Shown: positions 23,635 to 32,000 of the stretch, one piece after another | How positions within the stretch are numbered: the first letter of the stretch is position 1 | How the letters are laid out: the number at the start of each line of letters is the position of its first letter | From: Candidatus Arthromitus sp. SFB-mouse-Japan | GTDB taxonomy: Bacteria; Bacillota; Clostridia; Clostridiales; Clostridiaceae | Direction: 5' to 3' | Length of the DNA stretch: 32,000 nucleotides | Assembly (NCBI RefSeq): GCF_000270205.1 | Contig: NC_015913.1 | Span: 1,488,029-1,520,028, forward strand | Translations under genes and position numbers: made by a program | The notes under the pieces: generated by a model | Database searches by the model: none | Told to the model about the DNA's origin: nothing | What the model saw: the letters and a program-made list of their open reading frames with translations, nothing else

Positions 23635-26600
23635 CTAATAGTCATTATCAGAAATGAATTCTTCGGCATTCATAATATCTTCTGTTAATAACACATCATC
23701 AAATTCATCTTCATCTTCATCTTCATGATAATCAGAAATTTCTGACTCAGGCGGCAACTCTCTAGCATCATCATATTTAATAGAATCTTCAAAAGATACA
23801 TCTATATCATTCATTTCATCTTCTAGAGTCTCTTTAATTTCTATTTCTTCATAATTTTCATTCAAGACTTTTATATTCAAACATAAAGCTTGTAATTCCT
23901 TTATTAAAACCTTAAATGATTCTGGGACACCCGGCTCGGGTATATTTTCACCCTTAACAATTGCTTCATATGTCTTAACCCTACCAACAATATCATCAGA
24001 TTTAACAGTAAGTATCTCTTGTAACATATGAGCTGCACCATATGCCTCTAATGCCCAAACTTCCATCTCCCCAAATCTTTGTCCTCCAAATTGTGCCTTA
24101 CCTCCAAGCGGCTGCTGAGTTACTAGAGAATATGGTCCCGTAGATCTTGCATGTATCTTATCATCAACTAAATGAGCTAACTTTAATATATACATATAGC
24201 CAACAGTAACACGATTATCAAATGGTTCGCCAGTTCTTCCATCATAAAGTGTTAACTTACCATCCCTATCAAATCCAGCATTCTCTAAACATTCTTCAAT
24301 TTCCTCTTTCGTGGCCCCATTAAATACAGGTGTTGCAACATGCCATCCTTGAGCACTCGCAGCAAGACCCAAATGAACTTCTAAAACTTGACCTATATTC
24401 ATACGGCTAGGCACTCCAAGTGGATTTAAACAAATTTGAAGTGGCGTTCCATCAGGTAAAAACGGCATATCTTCTTCTGGTAAAACCCTGGAAATGACTC
24501 CCTTATTTCCGTGACGCCCCGCCATTTTATCACCAACTGATATTTTTCTCTTCTGAGCTATATAACATCTAACTAATTGATTAACTCCTGGAGGTAATTC
24601 ATCACCATTTTCACGAGTAAATATTTTTACATCAACTATTATTCCTTGCTCACCATGAGGAACTTTTAAAGAAGTATCTCTAACCTCCCTAGCTTTCTCG
24701 CCAAAAATAGCACGTAAAAGTCTTTCTTCCGCAGTAAGTTCAGTTTCACCCTTAGGTGTTACCTTACCTACAAGAATATCACCTGTCCTAACCTCTGCTC
24801 CTATCTTTATTATACCATTTGAATCTAAATCTTTTATAGCGTCTTCACCCACATTAGGTATATCACGAGTTATTTCTTCCGGACCCAACTTTGTATCGCG
24901 TGAATCACATTCATATTCTTCTATATGTATAGATGTAAACACATCATCTCTAACAAGCTGTTCAGATATGAGCATTGCATCTTCATAATTGTATCCTTCC
25001 CAAGTTATAAAACCTATCTTTATATTTTTACCTAAAGCAATTTCTCCAAGATCTGTAGACGGTCCATCTGCTAAAACAGTTCCTTCTTCTACAAAATCCC
25101 CCCTATTAACAATAGGTTTCTGATTAATACATGTACCTTGATTAGATCTCTTAAACTTAAGAAGCTTATATGTATCTATTTTATTATCCAGCTCCCTCCT
25201 TACTCTTATTTCTTGAGCACTTACATAGCATACCATTCCAGCTTTCTTAGCTTTAACTAAAACACCCGAATCTATAGCAGCCTTATATTCTATTCCAGTC
25301 CCAACTATCGGTGCACTAGCCTTAAGTAATGGAACAGCTTGACGTTGCATATTAGATCCCATAAGTGCTCTAGTGGCATCATCATTTTCTAAAAAAGGAA
25401 TCATGGAAGTTGCAACAGATACAATTTGTCTTGGAGATATATCTAGATAATCAACCTTATCTGATGATACTAAAAGCATACCCTCTTTACTTCTAACAAC
25501 GATCCTAGAATTTAGAAATTCTCCTTCACTGGAAATAAGCTCATTAGATTGAGCTATCAAATATTGATCTTCTTCATCAGCTGTCATATATATAATTTCA
25601 TTTGTAACCTTACCAGTATCCTTATCAACTTTCCTATAAGGAGTTTCTATAAATCCATAATTATTAACCTTAGCATAAGTTGCAAGTGAATTTATAAGCC
25701 CTATATTAGGTCCCTCAGGAGTCTCTATAGGACACATTCTCCCATAATGCGAATTATGAACATCCCTTACTTCGAACCCAGCTCTATCTCTAGATAATCC
25801 TCCAGGACCTAGAGCAGATAACCTCCTTTTATTAGTAAGTTCAGATAACGGATTAGTTTGATCCATAAATTGCGATAGCTGCGAACTCCCAAAAAATTCT
25901 TTAACAGCAGCTGCAACAGGTCTAATATTAATAAGATTTTGGGGAGTTATCATTTCAGGTTCGATAGACATCATTCTTTCTTTTATATTTCTTTCCATTC
26001 TGACCAAACCAACTCTAAATTGATTTTGCAAAAGTTCTCCAACAGATCTAAGTCTTCTATTTCCTAAATGATCTATATCATCTTCATATCCAATACCATT
26101 ATTAAGTCCGAGTATATAACTTATAATTGAAAAAATATCATCTGTGGTTATATACTTTGGTATTAAATCATGTATATTCTTAATTAATTCTTTCTTAATT
26201 TCATCACTTGAGGAACAATTATCAAGTACAGATCTAAGAACAGGATAATAAACGTAATCATTAATGCCAACGTCACTCAAATCAAAATCTACAAATTCTT
26301 TTATATTAACCCAATTATTCCCAACAACCTTAACACACTTATCATTTATTAATAAATCCATAAAATTTATACCTGAATTTTGAATTCTATAACTACTCTC
26401 TACAGTTATTTTTTCTCCTTTTTCAACTAATATTTCCCCTGTTATAGGATCAAAAACATCGTTAAATGCGATATGATTGACAATCCTATTCCTCAATGAT
26501 AATTTTTTATTAAACTTGTATCTACCAACTTTTGATAAATCATATTTCTTAGGATCAAAAAAATATTGATCTATTAAATTTTTAGCACTTTCAGGTGTAG

Positions 26601-27336
26601 CTGGTTCTGATGGTTTTAACTTGTCATATATTTTTATAAGGGCCTGTTCCTGATTTTCAGAATCATCCTTATTTAAAGTATTTTGCAAACGTTCATCATT
26701 ACCAAAATAATTTATAATATCTTCAGAAGATGATATACCCAGAGCCTTTATAAACCAAGTTACATATAACTTTTTTTGTTTATCAATTCTAACATACAAC
26801 ACCTCATTAGAATCAGTTTCATATTCAAGCCAAGCACCTCGATTGGGTATAACACTCGATGAAAATAATTTTTTACCATTTTTATCAACTTCATAATTAT
26901 AGTATACTCCTGGAGATCTGACTAATTGACTAACTATTACACGTTCAGCTCCATTAATAATAAAAGTTCCTTGAGGCGTCATTCTTGGCAAATCTCCCAT
27001 AAAAACTTCTTGTTCTTTAAGCTCCCCAGTATCTAAATTTTGTAACCTAACCTTAACCTTCAATGGAGCGGCATATATAGCATCTCTTTCTTTACATTCT
27101 TCCATGTTGTATTTAGTAGAAGCAATATCTAATTTAAAATCAATAAATTCTAATATATGTTTACCATTGAAACTTTTTATAGGATTTACATCCGCAAAAA
27201 CTTCTAATAATCCTTCTTTCAAAAACCATTCATAAGAATTTAACTGAACCTCTATAAGATTCGGCATATCAATTATATCTTTAACTTTGCCGAAACTCAT
27301 TCTAGTTCTTTTACCTACCTTAAGAGGATATATCAT
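23635..27336 (-). CDS. rpoB: DNA-directed RNA polymerase subunit beta
   Basis: About 1233 aa from ATG 27336 (SD AGGAG; the ORF-track GTG sits next to the SD). It contains the rifampicin cluster [33 protein letters not shown] and the conserved [14 protein letters not shown]. Confidence 0.99.
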   Translation of the reverse strand: MIYPLKVGKRTRMSFGKVKDIIDMPNLIEVQLNSYEWFLKEGLLEVFADVNPIKSFNGKHILEFIDFKLDIASTKYNMEECKERDAIYAAPLKVKVRLQNLDTGELKEQEVFMGDLPRMTPQGTFIINGAERVIVSQLVRSPGVYYNYEVDKNGKKLFSSSVIPNRGAWLEYETDSNEVLYVRIDKQKKLYVTWFIKALGISSSEDIINYFGNDERLQNTLNKDDSENQEQALIKIYDKLKPSEPATPESAKNLIDQYFFDPKKYDLSKVGRYKFNKKLSLRNRIVNHIAFNDVFDPITGEILVEKGEKITVESSYRIQNSGINFMDLLINDKCVKVVGNNWVNIKEFVDFDLSDVGINDYVYYPVLRSVLDNCSSSDEIKKELIKNIHDLIPKYITTDDIFSIISYILGLNNGIGYEDDIDHLGNRRLRSVGELLQNQFRVGLVRMERNIKERMMSIEPEMITPQNLINIRPVAAAVKEFFGSSQLSQFMDQTNPLSELTNKRRLSALGPGGLSRDRAGFEVRDVHNSHYGRMCPIETPEGPNIGLINSLATYAKVNNYGFIETPYRKVDKDTGKVTNEIIYMTADEEDQYLIAQSNELISSEGEFLNSRIVVRSKEGMLLVSSDKVDYLDISPRQIVSVATSMIPFLENDDATRALMGSNMQRQAVPLLKASAPIVGTGIEYKAAIDSGVLVKAKKAGMVCYVSAQEIRVRRELDNKIDTYKLLKFKRSNQGTCINQKPIVNRGDFVEEGTVLADGPSTDLGEIALGKNIKIGFITWEGYNYEDAMLISEQLVRDDVFTSIHIEEYECDSRDTKLGPEEITRDIPNVGEDAIKDLDSNGIIKIGAEVRTGDILVGKVTPKGETELTAEERLLRAIFGEKAREVRDTSLKVPHGEQGIIVDVKIFTRENGDELPPGVNQLVRCYIAQKRKISVGDKMAGRHGNKGVISRVLPEEDMPFLPDGTPLQICLNPLGVPSRMNIGQVLEVHLGLAASAQGWHVATPVFNGATKEEIEECLENAGFDRDGKLTLYDGRTGEPFDNRVTVGYMYILKLAHLVDDKIHARSTGPYSLVTQQPLGGKAQFGGQRFGEMEVWALEAYGAAHMLQEILTVKSDDIVGRVKTYEAIVKGENIPEPGVPESFKVLIKELQALCLNIKVLNENYEEIEIKETLEDEMNDIDVSFEDSIKYDDARELPPESEISDYHEDEDEDEFDDVLLTEDIMNAEEFISDNDY

Positions 27337-27536
27337 GAATTTCACTCCTTATTTTCAAGTAAAATCACGTAAATTTATTTTAAATTACAAACACTTACAC
27401 TTAACAAATTTCTATAGTACTATATAAAAAATAATAAAAATATATCTTTATTAATATTTCTACCAACTTTAAATATAAATTTACACATAAAATAATAATA
27501 AAACATATAAAATCAGACATTTATATACATTTTAAG

Positions 27537-27565
27537 ATAGTACCACATATATCTCGCTTAGTCAA
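27537..27565 (-). promoter_or_regulatory. Sigma-A-type promoter upstream of rpoB
   Basis: The minus strand reads TTGACT-aagcgagatatatgtgg(17 nt)-TACTAT with a TGn extended -10. It would give a very AT-rich leader of roughly 190 nt. Confidence 0.5.
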
Positions 27566-27579
27566 CCAAACAAAATCAA

Positions 27580-27622
27580 TAACATATGAAATTAGGAGAG
27601 GGCGAAAACACCCTCTCCTAAT
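27580..27622 (-). terminator. Hairpin terminator/attenuator after rplL
   Basis: A perfect 12 bp stem ATTAGGAGAGGG / CCCTCTCCTAAT with an 8 nt loop begins 14 nt after the rplL stop. The following U-tract is interrupted (TTCATATGTTATTGATTTTG). Confidence 0.6.
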
Positions 27623-27635
27623 TTCAATAATATCA

Positions 27636-27995
27636 TTATTTCAATTCAACAGTAGCTCCAACTTCATCTAGTTGTGACTTAATTTTCTCAGCTTCATCCT
27701 TAGAAACAGCTTCTTTTAACGTTTTTGGAGCTCCATCAACTATCTCTTTAGCCTCTTTAAGACCAAGTCCACATATTTCTTTCACAACCTTCACAACTTT
27801 CAATTTTTCTGATCCAGCATTAGAAAGTACAACATCAAATTCTGTCTTTTCCTCAGACGAATCAGCAACACTAGTTCCTACTATTACAGGAGCAGAAGCA
27901 CTAACACCAAACTCTTCTTCACACATTTTTACTAAATCATTTAAATCTAACACACTCATATTTTTTATTGCTTCAATTATCTGTTCTTTATCCAT
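27636..27995 (-). CDS. rplL: 50S ribosomal protein L7/L12
   Basis: The ORF begins [22 protein letters not shown] and ends [43 protein letters not shown] 27995 lies 10 nt after AGGAGG. Confidence 0.96.
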   Translation of the reverse strand: MDKEQIIEAIKNMSVLDLNDLVKMCEEEFGVSASAPVIVGTSVADSSEEKTEFDVVLSNAGSEKLKVVKVVKEICGLGLKEAKEIVDGAPKTLKEAVSKDEAEKIKSQLDEVGATVELK

Positions 27996-28019
27996 AAATA
28001 TCATTCCTCCTAAAATAAA

Positions 28020-28517
28020 TCAATTTTCACTATCTTTTTTATCTTTTATAGCATTAAATACGTATACAAAATTTAAAACTGGCGATTTTATACTGCCAAG
28101 TAATTTTGATATGAGTATCTCCTTTGAAGGTATATTAGCAAGTTTCTGAAGCTTTTCTTTATCATAGTATTCACTTTCAACTACACCAACTTTAAAAGAA
28201 AATTTTTCCAATTTTTCAGAAAACTCACTTAAAATTTTAGCCGGTGCTATGATATCTCCATAACTAAATGCTATAGATGTAGTTCCTTCCAAATGTTCCA
28301 ATAAAAAATCATACCCTAATTCTTCAGCTACAATTTTGACTAATCTATTTTTATATACCTTATATTCAAGATCTAAATCTCTCATTTTTTTTCTTAATTT
28401 AGTATCTTGCTCCACATTTATTCCTTGATAATTTACTAAAATTATAGACTTAGCTCTTTGAAATTTTTCCCTAATTTCACTTACTTTTTCAACTTTCTTT
28501 AACATATTTTTTGTCAA
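28020..28517 (-). CDS. rplJ: 50S ribosomal protein L10
   Basis: L10 family protein in the position upstream of rplL. I prefer TTG 28517 as the start, 8 nt after SD AAGGGGGTG. The ORF-track GTG 28526 lies inside the SD, and ATG 28505 is an alternative. Confidence 0.88.
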   Translation of the reverse strand: MTKNMLKKVEKVSEIREKFQRAKSIILVNYQGINVEQDTKLRKKMRDLDLEYKVYKNRLVKIVAEELGYDFLLEHLEGTTSIAFSYGDIIAPAKILSEFSEKLEKFSFKVGVVESEYYDKEKLQKLANIPSKEILISKLLGSIKSPVLNFVYVFNAIKDKKDSEN

Positions 28518-28679
28518 GTTAATCACACCCCCTTATATAAAAATAAAGCTCCTCTAAATTATTTAAGAGAAACCTTTGCAATCAAAATCATATAAATGCA
28601 ATAACATAAATACAAACTTTCTCCTAAATAGGCGCATAAACATTATCCAATTTTTAAAACTAGACCTATTATCTCTGGA
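28518..28679 (-). promoter_or_regulatory. rplJ 5' leader with terminator-like hairpin (candidate L10-leader attenuator)
   Basis: This is a 162 nt intergenic region. The minus strand reads AAGGTTTCTCT-taaataattt-AGAGGAGCTTT (11 bp including 3 G-U; plus-strand coordinates 28544..28576). It is followed by ATTTTTAT directly before the SD. I could not verify the sequence-level L10-leader consensus by eye. Confidence 0.45.
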
Positions 28680-29366
28680 TTAACTTATTTTTGAAATATT
28701 TATTCTTAACGCAGGACTCATAGTGCTACAAACTGATATACTTTTTATATACTGCCCTTTAGTTGAAACTGGTTTAGATTTTATTATAGCTGACATTATA
28801 GTATTAAAATTTTCTAGTAAAGATTCAACAGAAAAAGTTTTTTTACCAATACCAACATGTATTATAGCTGTTTTATCTATCCTATATTCTACTTTACCTG
28901 CTTTTATTTCCGAAACAGTCTTACTAATATCAAAAGTTACTGTTCCAGATTTAGGATTTGGCATTAATCCTTTTGGACCTAACAATTTTCCAATCCGTCC
29001 AACTACACCCATCATATCTGGAGTAGCAACTATTATATCAAAATCAAACCAATTTTCATTTTGTATCTTATTAACTAATTCATGATCTCCAACATAATCA
29101 GCTCCAGCATCTACAGCTTCTTTCGCCTTATCTCCCTTAGCAAAAACTAATATCTTTATATCCTTCCCTGTCCCATTAGGTAACAATACTGTACCTCTAA
29201 CTTGCTGATCTGCATGTCTAGGATCGACTCCTAATTTTACATGTAATTCCACCGTTTCGTTAAATTTAGCTTTAGATATCTTAGATAAAACCTCAAAAGC
29301 TTCTTTTGGATTATAAAAATTATTTCTATCAATCAATTTTATACTTTCTAAATAATTCTTACCCAT
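28680..29366 (-). CDS. rplA: 50S ribosomal protein L1
   Basis: The ORF begins [27 protein letters not shown] and contains [22 protein letters not shown] 29366 lies 6 nt after GGAGGTG. Confidence 0.96.
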   Translation of the reverse strand: MGKNYLESIKLIDRNNFYNPKEAFEVLSKISKAKFNETVELHVKLGVDPRHADQQVRGTVLLPNGTGKDIKILVFAKGDKAKEAVDAGADYVGDHELVNKIQNENWFDFDIIVATPDMMGVVGRIGKLLGPKGLMPNPKSGTVTFDISKTVSEIKAGKVEYRIDKTAIIHVGIGKKTFSVESLLENFNTIMSAIIKSKPVSTKGQYIKSISVCSTMSPALRINISKIS

Positions 29367-29385
29367 GCTATACACCTCCCTCTAA

Positions 29386-29814
29386 CTAATTATTTTCTAC
29401 CTCTATACCCATGCTCCTAGCAGTACCACATATCATATCCATAGCTGAATCAATATTAGATGCATTTAAGTCATCGAATTTCAACTCAGCAATCTCCCTA
29501 ACTTTATTAATACTAATCTTTCCAATTTTAGATTTATTAGGCTCTGAAGAACCCTTCTCAAGACCTAGAGCTTTCATAAGCAACACAGCTGCAGGGGGGG
29601 TCTTCATTATAAAACTAAACGATTTATCTTGATACACAGAAATAACTACTGGTATTATCAATCCAGATTTATCTGCAGTCTTAGCATTAAACTCTTTACA
29701 AAATGCCATTATATTAACACCATGCTGACCCAAAGCAGGACCCACAGGTGGTGCTGGAGTTGCTTTTCCTGCAGGTAATTGTAATTTTATCATACCTACT
29801 ATTTTTTTAGCCAT
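29386..29814 (-). CDS. rplK: 50S ribosomal protein L11
   Basis: The 142 aa ORF contains [34 protein letters not shown], an L11 signature. Confidence 0.98.
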   Translation of the reverse strand: MAKKIVGMIKLQLPAGKATPAPPVGPALGQHGVNIMAFCKEFNAKTADKSGLIIPVVISVYQDKSFSFIMKTPPAAVLLMKALGLEKGSSEPNKSKIGKISINKVREIAELKFDDLNASNIDSAMDMICGTARSMGIEVENN

Positions 29815-29840
29815 AATTCACCTCTCCTATAATTATAGTT

Positions 29841-30365
29841 TCATAATCTATCTAATTGACAAAAATCTATCTCCACAATATTATTGCCAATAACATCTAT
29901 ACTTGCTTTTATTCTTTTATTTTTATTATCAACTTCCCTTATTACAACATATTTACCTTTTAAAATTCCAGATTTAATTTTAACACTATTCCCAACCTTA
30001 TATAAATCATCCTGATTTTCAGCTACATACGATTCTATAAATCTTATTTCTTCTTGATCTAACGGAACAGCTTCCTTGCCTGTAGGTCCTACAAATCCTG
30101 TAACTCCTCTTATATTGCGCACTCTATACCACATTTCATCACTCATTATCATTTTTACAAATACATATCCTGGATAAACTTTTTTAGACACTTTTTTAAT
30201 CTTATTACCACTTTTTTCTATAGTTTCATGTGTTGGCACAACTATTTCTAATATATAATCGTGTAAACTATTGCTTTCAATCAATTTCTCCAAGCTATTT
30301 TTAACCTTATTTTCATATCCTGAATAAGTATGTAAAACGTACCAATTGGATAATACAGTGCTCAT
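29841..30365 (-). CDS. nusG: Transcription termination/antitermination factor NusG
   Basis: The 174 aa ORF has an NGN domain (WYVLHTYSGYENKV) and a C-terminal KOW domain. It lies between secE and rplK. Confidence 0.96.
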   Translation of the reverse strand: MSTVLSNWYVLHTYSGYENKVKNSLEKLIESNSLHDYILEIVVPTHETIEKSGNKIKKVSKKVYPGYVFVKMIMSDEMWYRVRNIRGVTGFVGPTGKEAVPLDQEEIRFIESYVAENQDDLYKVGNSVKIKSGILKGKYVVIREVDNKNKRIKASIDVIGNNIVEIDFCQLDRL

Positions 30366-30386
30366 AGATATTCTCCTTAAAATTTA

Positions 30387-30581
30387 TCACTTAAACAATA
30401 AATCAAAAACTTTCTTCAATATTAAATCAAAAAAACCTATATAAACTATATACAAGAAAACAAATATCAAAACAATACCAGTGGTACTTTTGAATTCCTT
30501 AGATTTAGGCCAAGTAATAATTTTAAATTCATTAACAATTCCAGAAAATAAATTCTCTTTTTTGTTTTTTCTATTACTCAA
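30387..30581 (-). CDS. secE: Preprotein translocase subunit SecE
   Basis: The 64 aa ORF has a TTG start and SD GGGAGGG. It has a single C-terminal transmembrane helix and lies between rpmG and nusG. Confidence 0.9.
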   Translation of the reverse strand: MSNRKNKKENLFSGIVNEFKIITWPKSKEFKSTTGIVLIFVFLYIVYIGFFDLILKKVFDLLFK

Positions 30582-30601
30582 CTAAAACCCTCCCTACACT
30601 T

Positions 30602-30751
30602 CTATTTTGTTTCCTTATGAAATACATACTCTTTACAAAACTTACAATATTTTTTCAATTCTATCCTCTCAGGATCATTTTTTTTATTCTTAACCGTATT
30701 ATAATTTCGTTGCCTACACACGCTACAAGCTAGTATTACATTAATCCTCAT
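30602..30751 (-). CDS. rpmG: 50S ribosomal protein L33 (zinc-binding Cys4 form)
   Basis: Not in the ORF track. Own translation gives [49 protein letters not shown] (49 aa). SD GGGGGTG lies 8 nt upstream. Confidence 0.94.
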   Translation of the reverse strand: MRINVILACSVCRQRNYNTVKNKKNDPERIELKKYCKFCKEYVFHKETK

Positions 30752-30784
30752 TAAATACGCACCCCCAAACTTCAACTGTAGTTT

Positions 30785-30813
30785 AAAGTATCATATATAA
30801 TTTTATTTGTCAA
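30785..30813 (-). promoter_or_regulatory. Candidate promoter for rpmG-secE-nusG
   Basis: The minus strand reads TTGACA-aataaaattatatatga(17 nt)-TACTTT with a TGn extended -10. The -10 hexamer is weak. Confidence 0.4.
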
Positions 30814-30815
30814 TA

Positions 30816-30845
30816 AGATCGTGAGTAAATATCTACTCACGATCT
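30816..30845 (-). terminator. Hairpin after tuf copy 2 (probable terminator with a poor U-tract)
   Basis: The minus strand reads AGATCGTGAGTA-gatatt-TACTCACGATCT (12 bp) and begins 12 nt after the stop. It is followed by TATTGACAAAT. Confidence 0.45.
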
Positions 30846-30850
30846 CAAAA

Positions 30851-32000
30851 ATAAAACTATTTATTTATTTTTGAAACAACCCCAGATCCTACTGTTCTTC
30901 CACCTTCTCTTATGGCAAACCTTAATCCCTCATCCATAGCTATCGGAGTTATCAATTCAACCTCCATATCTATATGATCTCCTGGCATAACCATCTCTTT
31001 TCCTTCTGGTAATTTTATATTACCTGTAACATCTGTCGTTCTAAAATAAAATTGTGGTCTATATCCATCAAAAAATGGCTTATGTCTACCACCCTCTTCT
31101 TTCTTAAGAACATATACTTGACCTATAAAATTTGTATGTGGATTTACTGTCCCAGGTTTAGCTAATACCTGACCTCTCTCTATATCAGACCTCTGAATCC
31201 CCCTTAACAACGCACCTATATTATCTCCTGCTTGAGCTTCATCTAATAATTTCCTAAACATTTCTATCCCAGTAATTACTGTCTTGCTCTTTTCTTCTTT
31301 CAATCCTATTATTTCTACTTCCTCTTGCACCTTCAATACACCAGTCTCTACTCTTCCAGTAGCTACTGTTCCTCTTCCTGTTATAGTAAACACATCCTCA
31401 ACCGGCATTAAAAAAGGCTTATCCGTAGCTCTCTCAGGCGTAGGAATATAGCTATCTACGGCATCCATTAACTCCATTATACAAGCTGTAGCATCCGTAT
31501 CAGTAGGATTCTCTAACGCCTTTAATGCTGATCCCTTTATAATAGGTGTATCATCCCCAGGAAATTTATACTCATTTAATAAATCCCTTACTTCCATCTC
31601 TACTAATTCCAATAACTCTTCATCATCAACCATATCAGCTTTATTTAAAAACACTACTATATAATCAACTCCTACTCTAGAAGCCAACAATATATGTTCT
31701 CTTGTCTGTGGCATAGGTCCATCAGCTGCAGATACAACCAATATCGCACCATCCATTTGAGCAGCTCCAGTTATCATATTCTTAACATAATCAGCATGCC
31801 CCGGACAATCAACATGTGCATAATGCCTTCCATCCGTCTCATACTCAACATGCGCTGTATTTATCGTTATACCTCTCTCTTTCTCCTCCGGAGCCTTATC
31901 TATCTCGTCATATTTAAATGCTTCAGCATATCCTTTGTTTGCTAATACTGTCGTTATAGCCGCTGTCAATGTAGTCTTACCATGATCAACATGTCCTATC
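30851..32000 (-). repeat. Direct repeat unit 2: tuf coding sequence identical to 15604..16753
   Basis: See repeat unit 1. The repeat is truncated by the window edge, so its true length is probably the whole tuf gene. Confidence 0.9.
30857..32000 (-). CDS. tuf: Elongation factor Tu (copy 2; 5' end beyond the window)
   Basis: It is identical to copy 1 over all 381 codons visible. The ORF-track start MTAAITT is an artefact, because the reading frame stays open to the window edge. Confidence 0.97.
   Translation of the reverse strand, partial: IGHVDHGKTTLTAAITTVLANKGYAEAFKYDEIDKAPEEKERGITINTAHVEYETDGRHYAHVDCPGHADYVKNMITGAAQMDGAILVVSAADGPMPQTREHILLASRVGVDYIVVFLNKADMVDDEELLELVEMEVRDLLNEYKFPGDDTPIIKGSALKALENPTDTDATACIMELMDAVDSYIPTPERATDKPFLMPVEDVFTITGRGTVATGRVETGVLKVQEEVEIIGLKEEKSKTVITGIEMFRKLLDEAQAGDNIGALLRGIQRSDIERGQVLAKPGTVNPHTNFIGQVYVLKKEEGGRHKPFFDGYRPQFYFRTTDVTGNIKLPEGKEMVMPGDHIDMEVELITPIAMDEGLRFAIREGGRTVGSGVVSKINK

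Noticed and set aside
23635-23890. A long, highly acidic C-terminal tail on RpoB (…[32 protein letters not shown]).
   Set aside because: Acidic, poorly conserved C-terminal extensions of RpoB are common in Firmicutes. Nothing in the sequence suggests a fused domain or a separate ORF.
27346-27536. Short ATG-initiated ORFs in the rpoB leader (for example MWYYLKMYINV).
   Set aside because: They have no SD site, are only about 11 codons long, and are of the kind expected by chance in AT-rich DNA.
29584-29590. A G7 homopolymer (C7 on the coding strand) inside rplK, unusual in such AT-rich DNA and a possible slipped-strand site.
   Set aside because: It encodes the conserved KTPPA segment of L11 in an essential gene, and the frame is intact. 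Phase variation of L11 is implausible.
30857-31969. The ORF-track call of a 370 aa protein starting MTAAITT.
   Set aside because: This is an internal Met. The reading frame continues open to base 32000 and matches tuf copy 1 upstream of that Met, so it is a window-edge truncation and not a shortened EF-Tu paralogue.

Overview
The window is the conserved transcription/translation gene supercluster of a very AT-rich, Clostridia-like Firmicute (standard genetic code, strong GGAGG-type Shine-Dalgarno sites). All 46 coding regions lie on the minus strand with almost no spare DNA. Read in the direction of transcription (high to low coordinates), the order is: tuf copy 2 (5' end off-window), rpmG-secE-nusG-rplK-rplA, rplJ-rplL, rpoB-rpoC, rpsL-rpsG-fusA-tuf copy 1, the S10 operon (rpsJ to rpsQ), the spc operon (rplN to rplO, secY, adk, map), infA-rpmJ, the alpha operon (rpsM-rpsK-rpsD-rpoA-rplQ), then the start of ecfA. 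I translated four genes missing from the ORF track by hand: rpmJ, rpmD, rpmG and the truncated ecfA. I moved twelve ORF-track N-termini to the start codon that has proper SD spacing. I found three good sigma-A-like promoters (TTGAxT, 17 nt spacer, TGn-extended -10), several intrinsic-terminator hairpins and a candidate rplJ leader attenuator. I see no evidence of a novel or accessory system. There is no unassigned ORF, no mobile element, no CRISPR array and no RNA gene, and no non-coding gap exceeds about 300 bp. The most notable observation is an Asn at the rifampicin-contact His of RpoB (E. coli H526 equivalent), which is a known resistance substitution. Second is a pair of nucleotide-identical tuf copies 15.2 kb apart. 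The remaining findings are low-interest regulatory and annotation notes.
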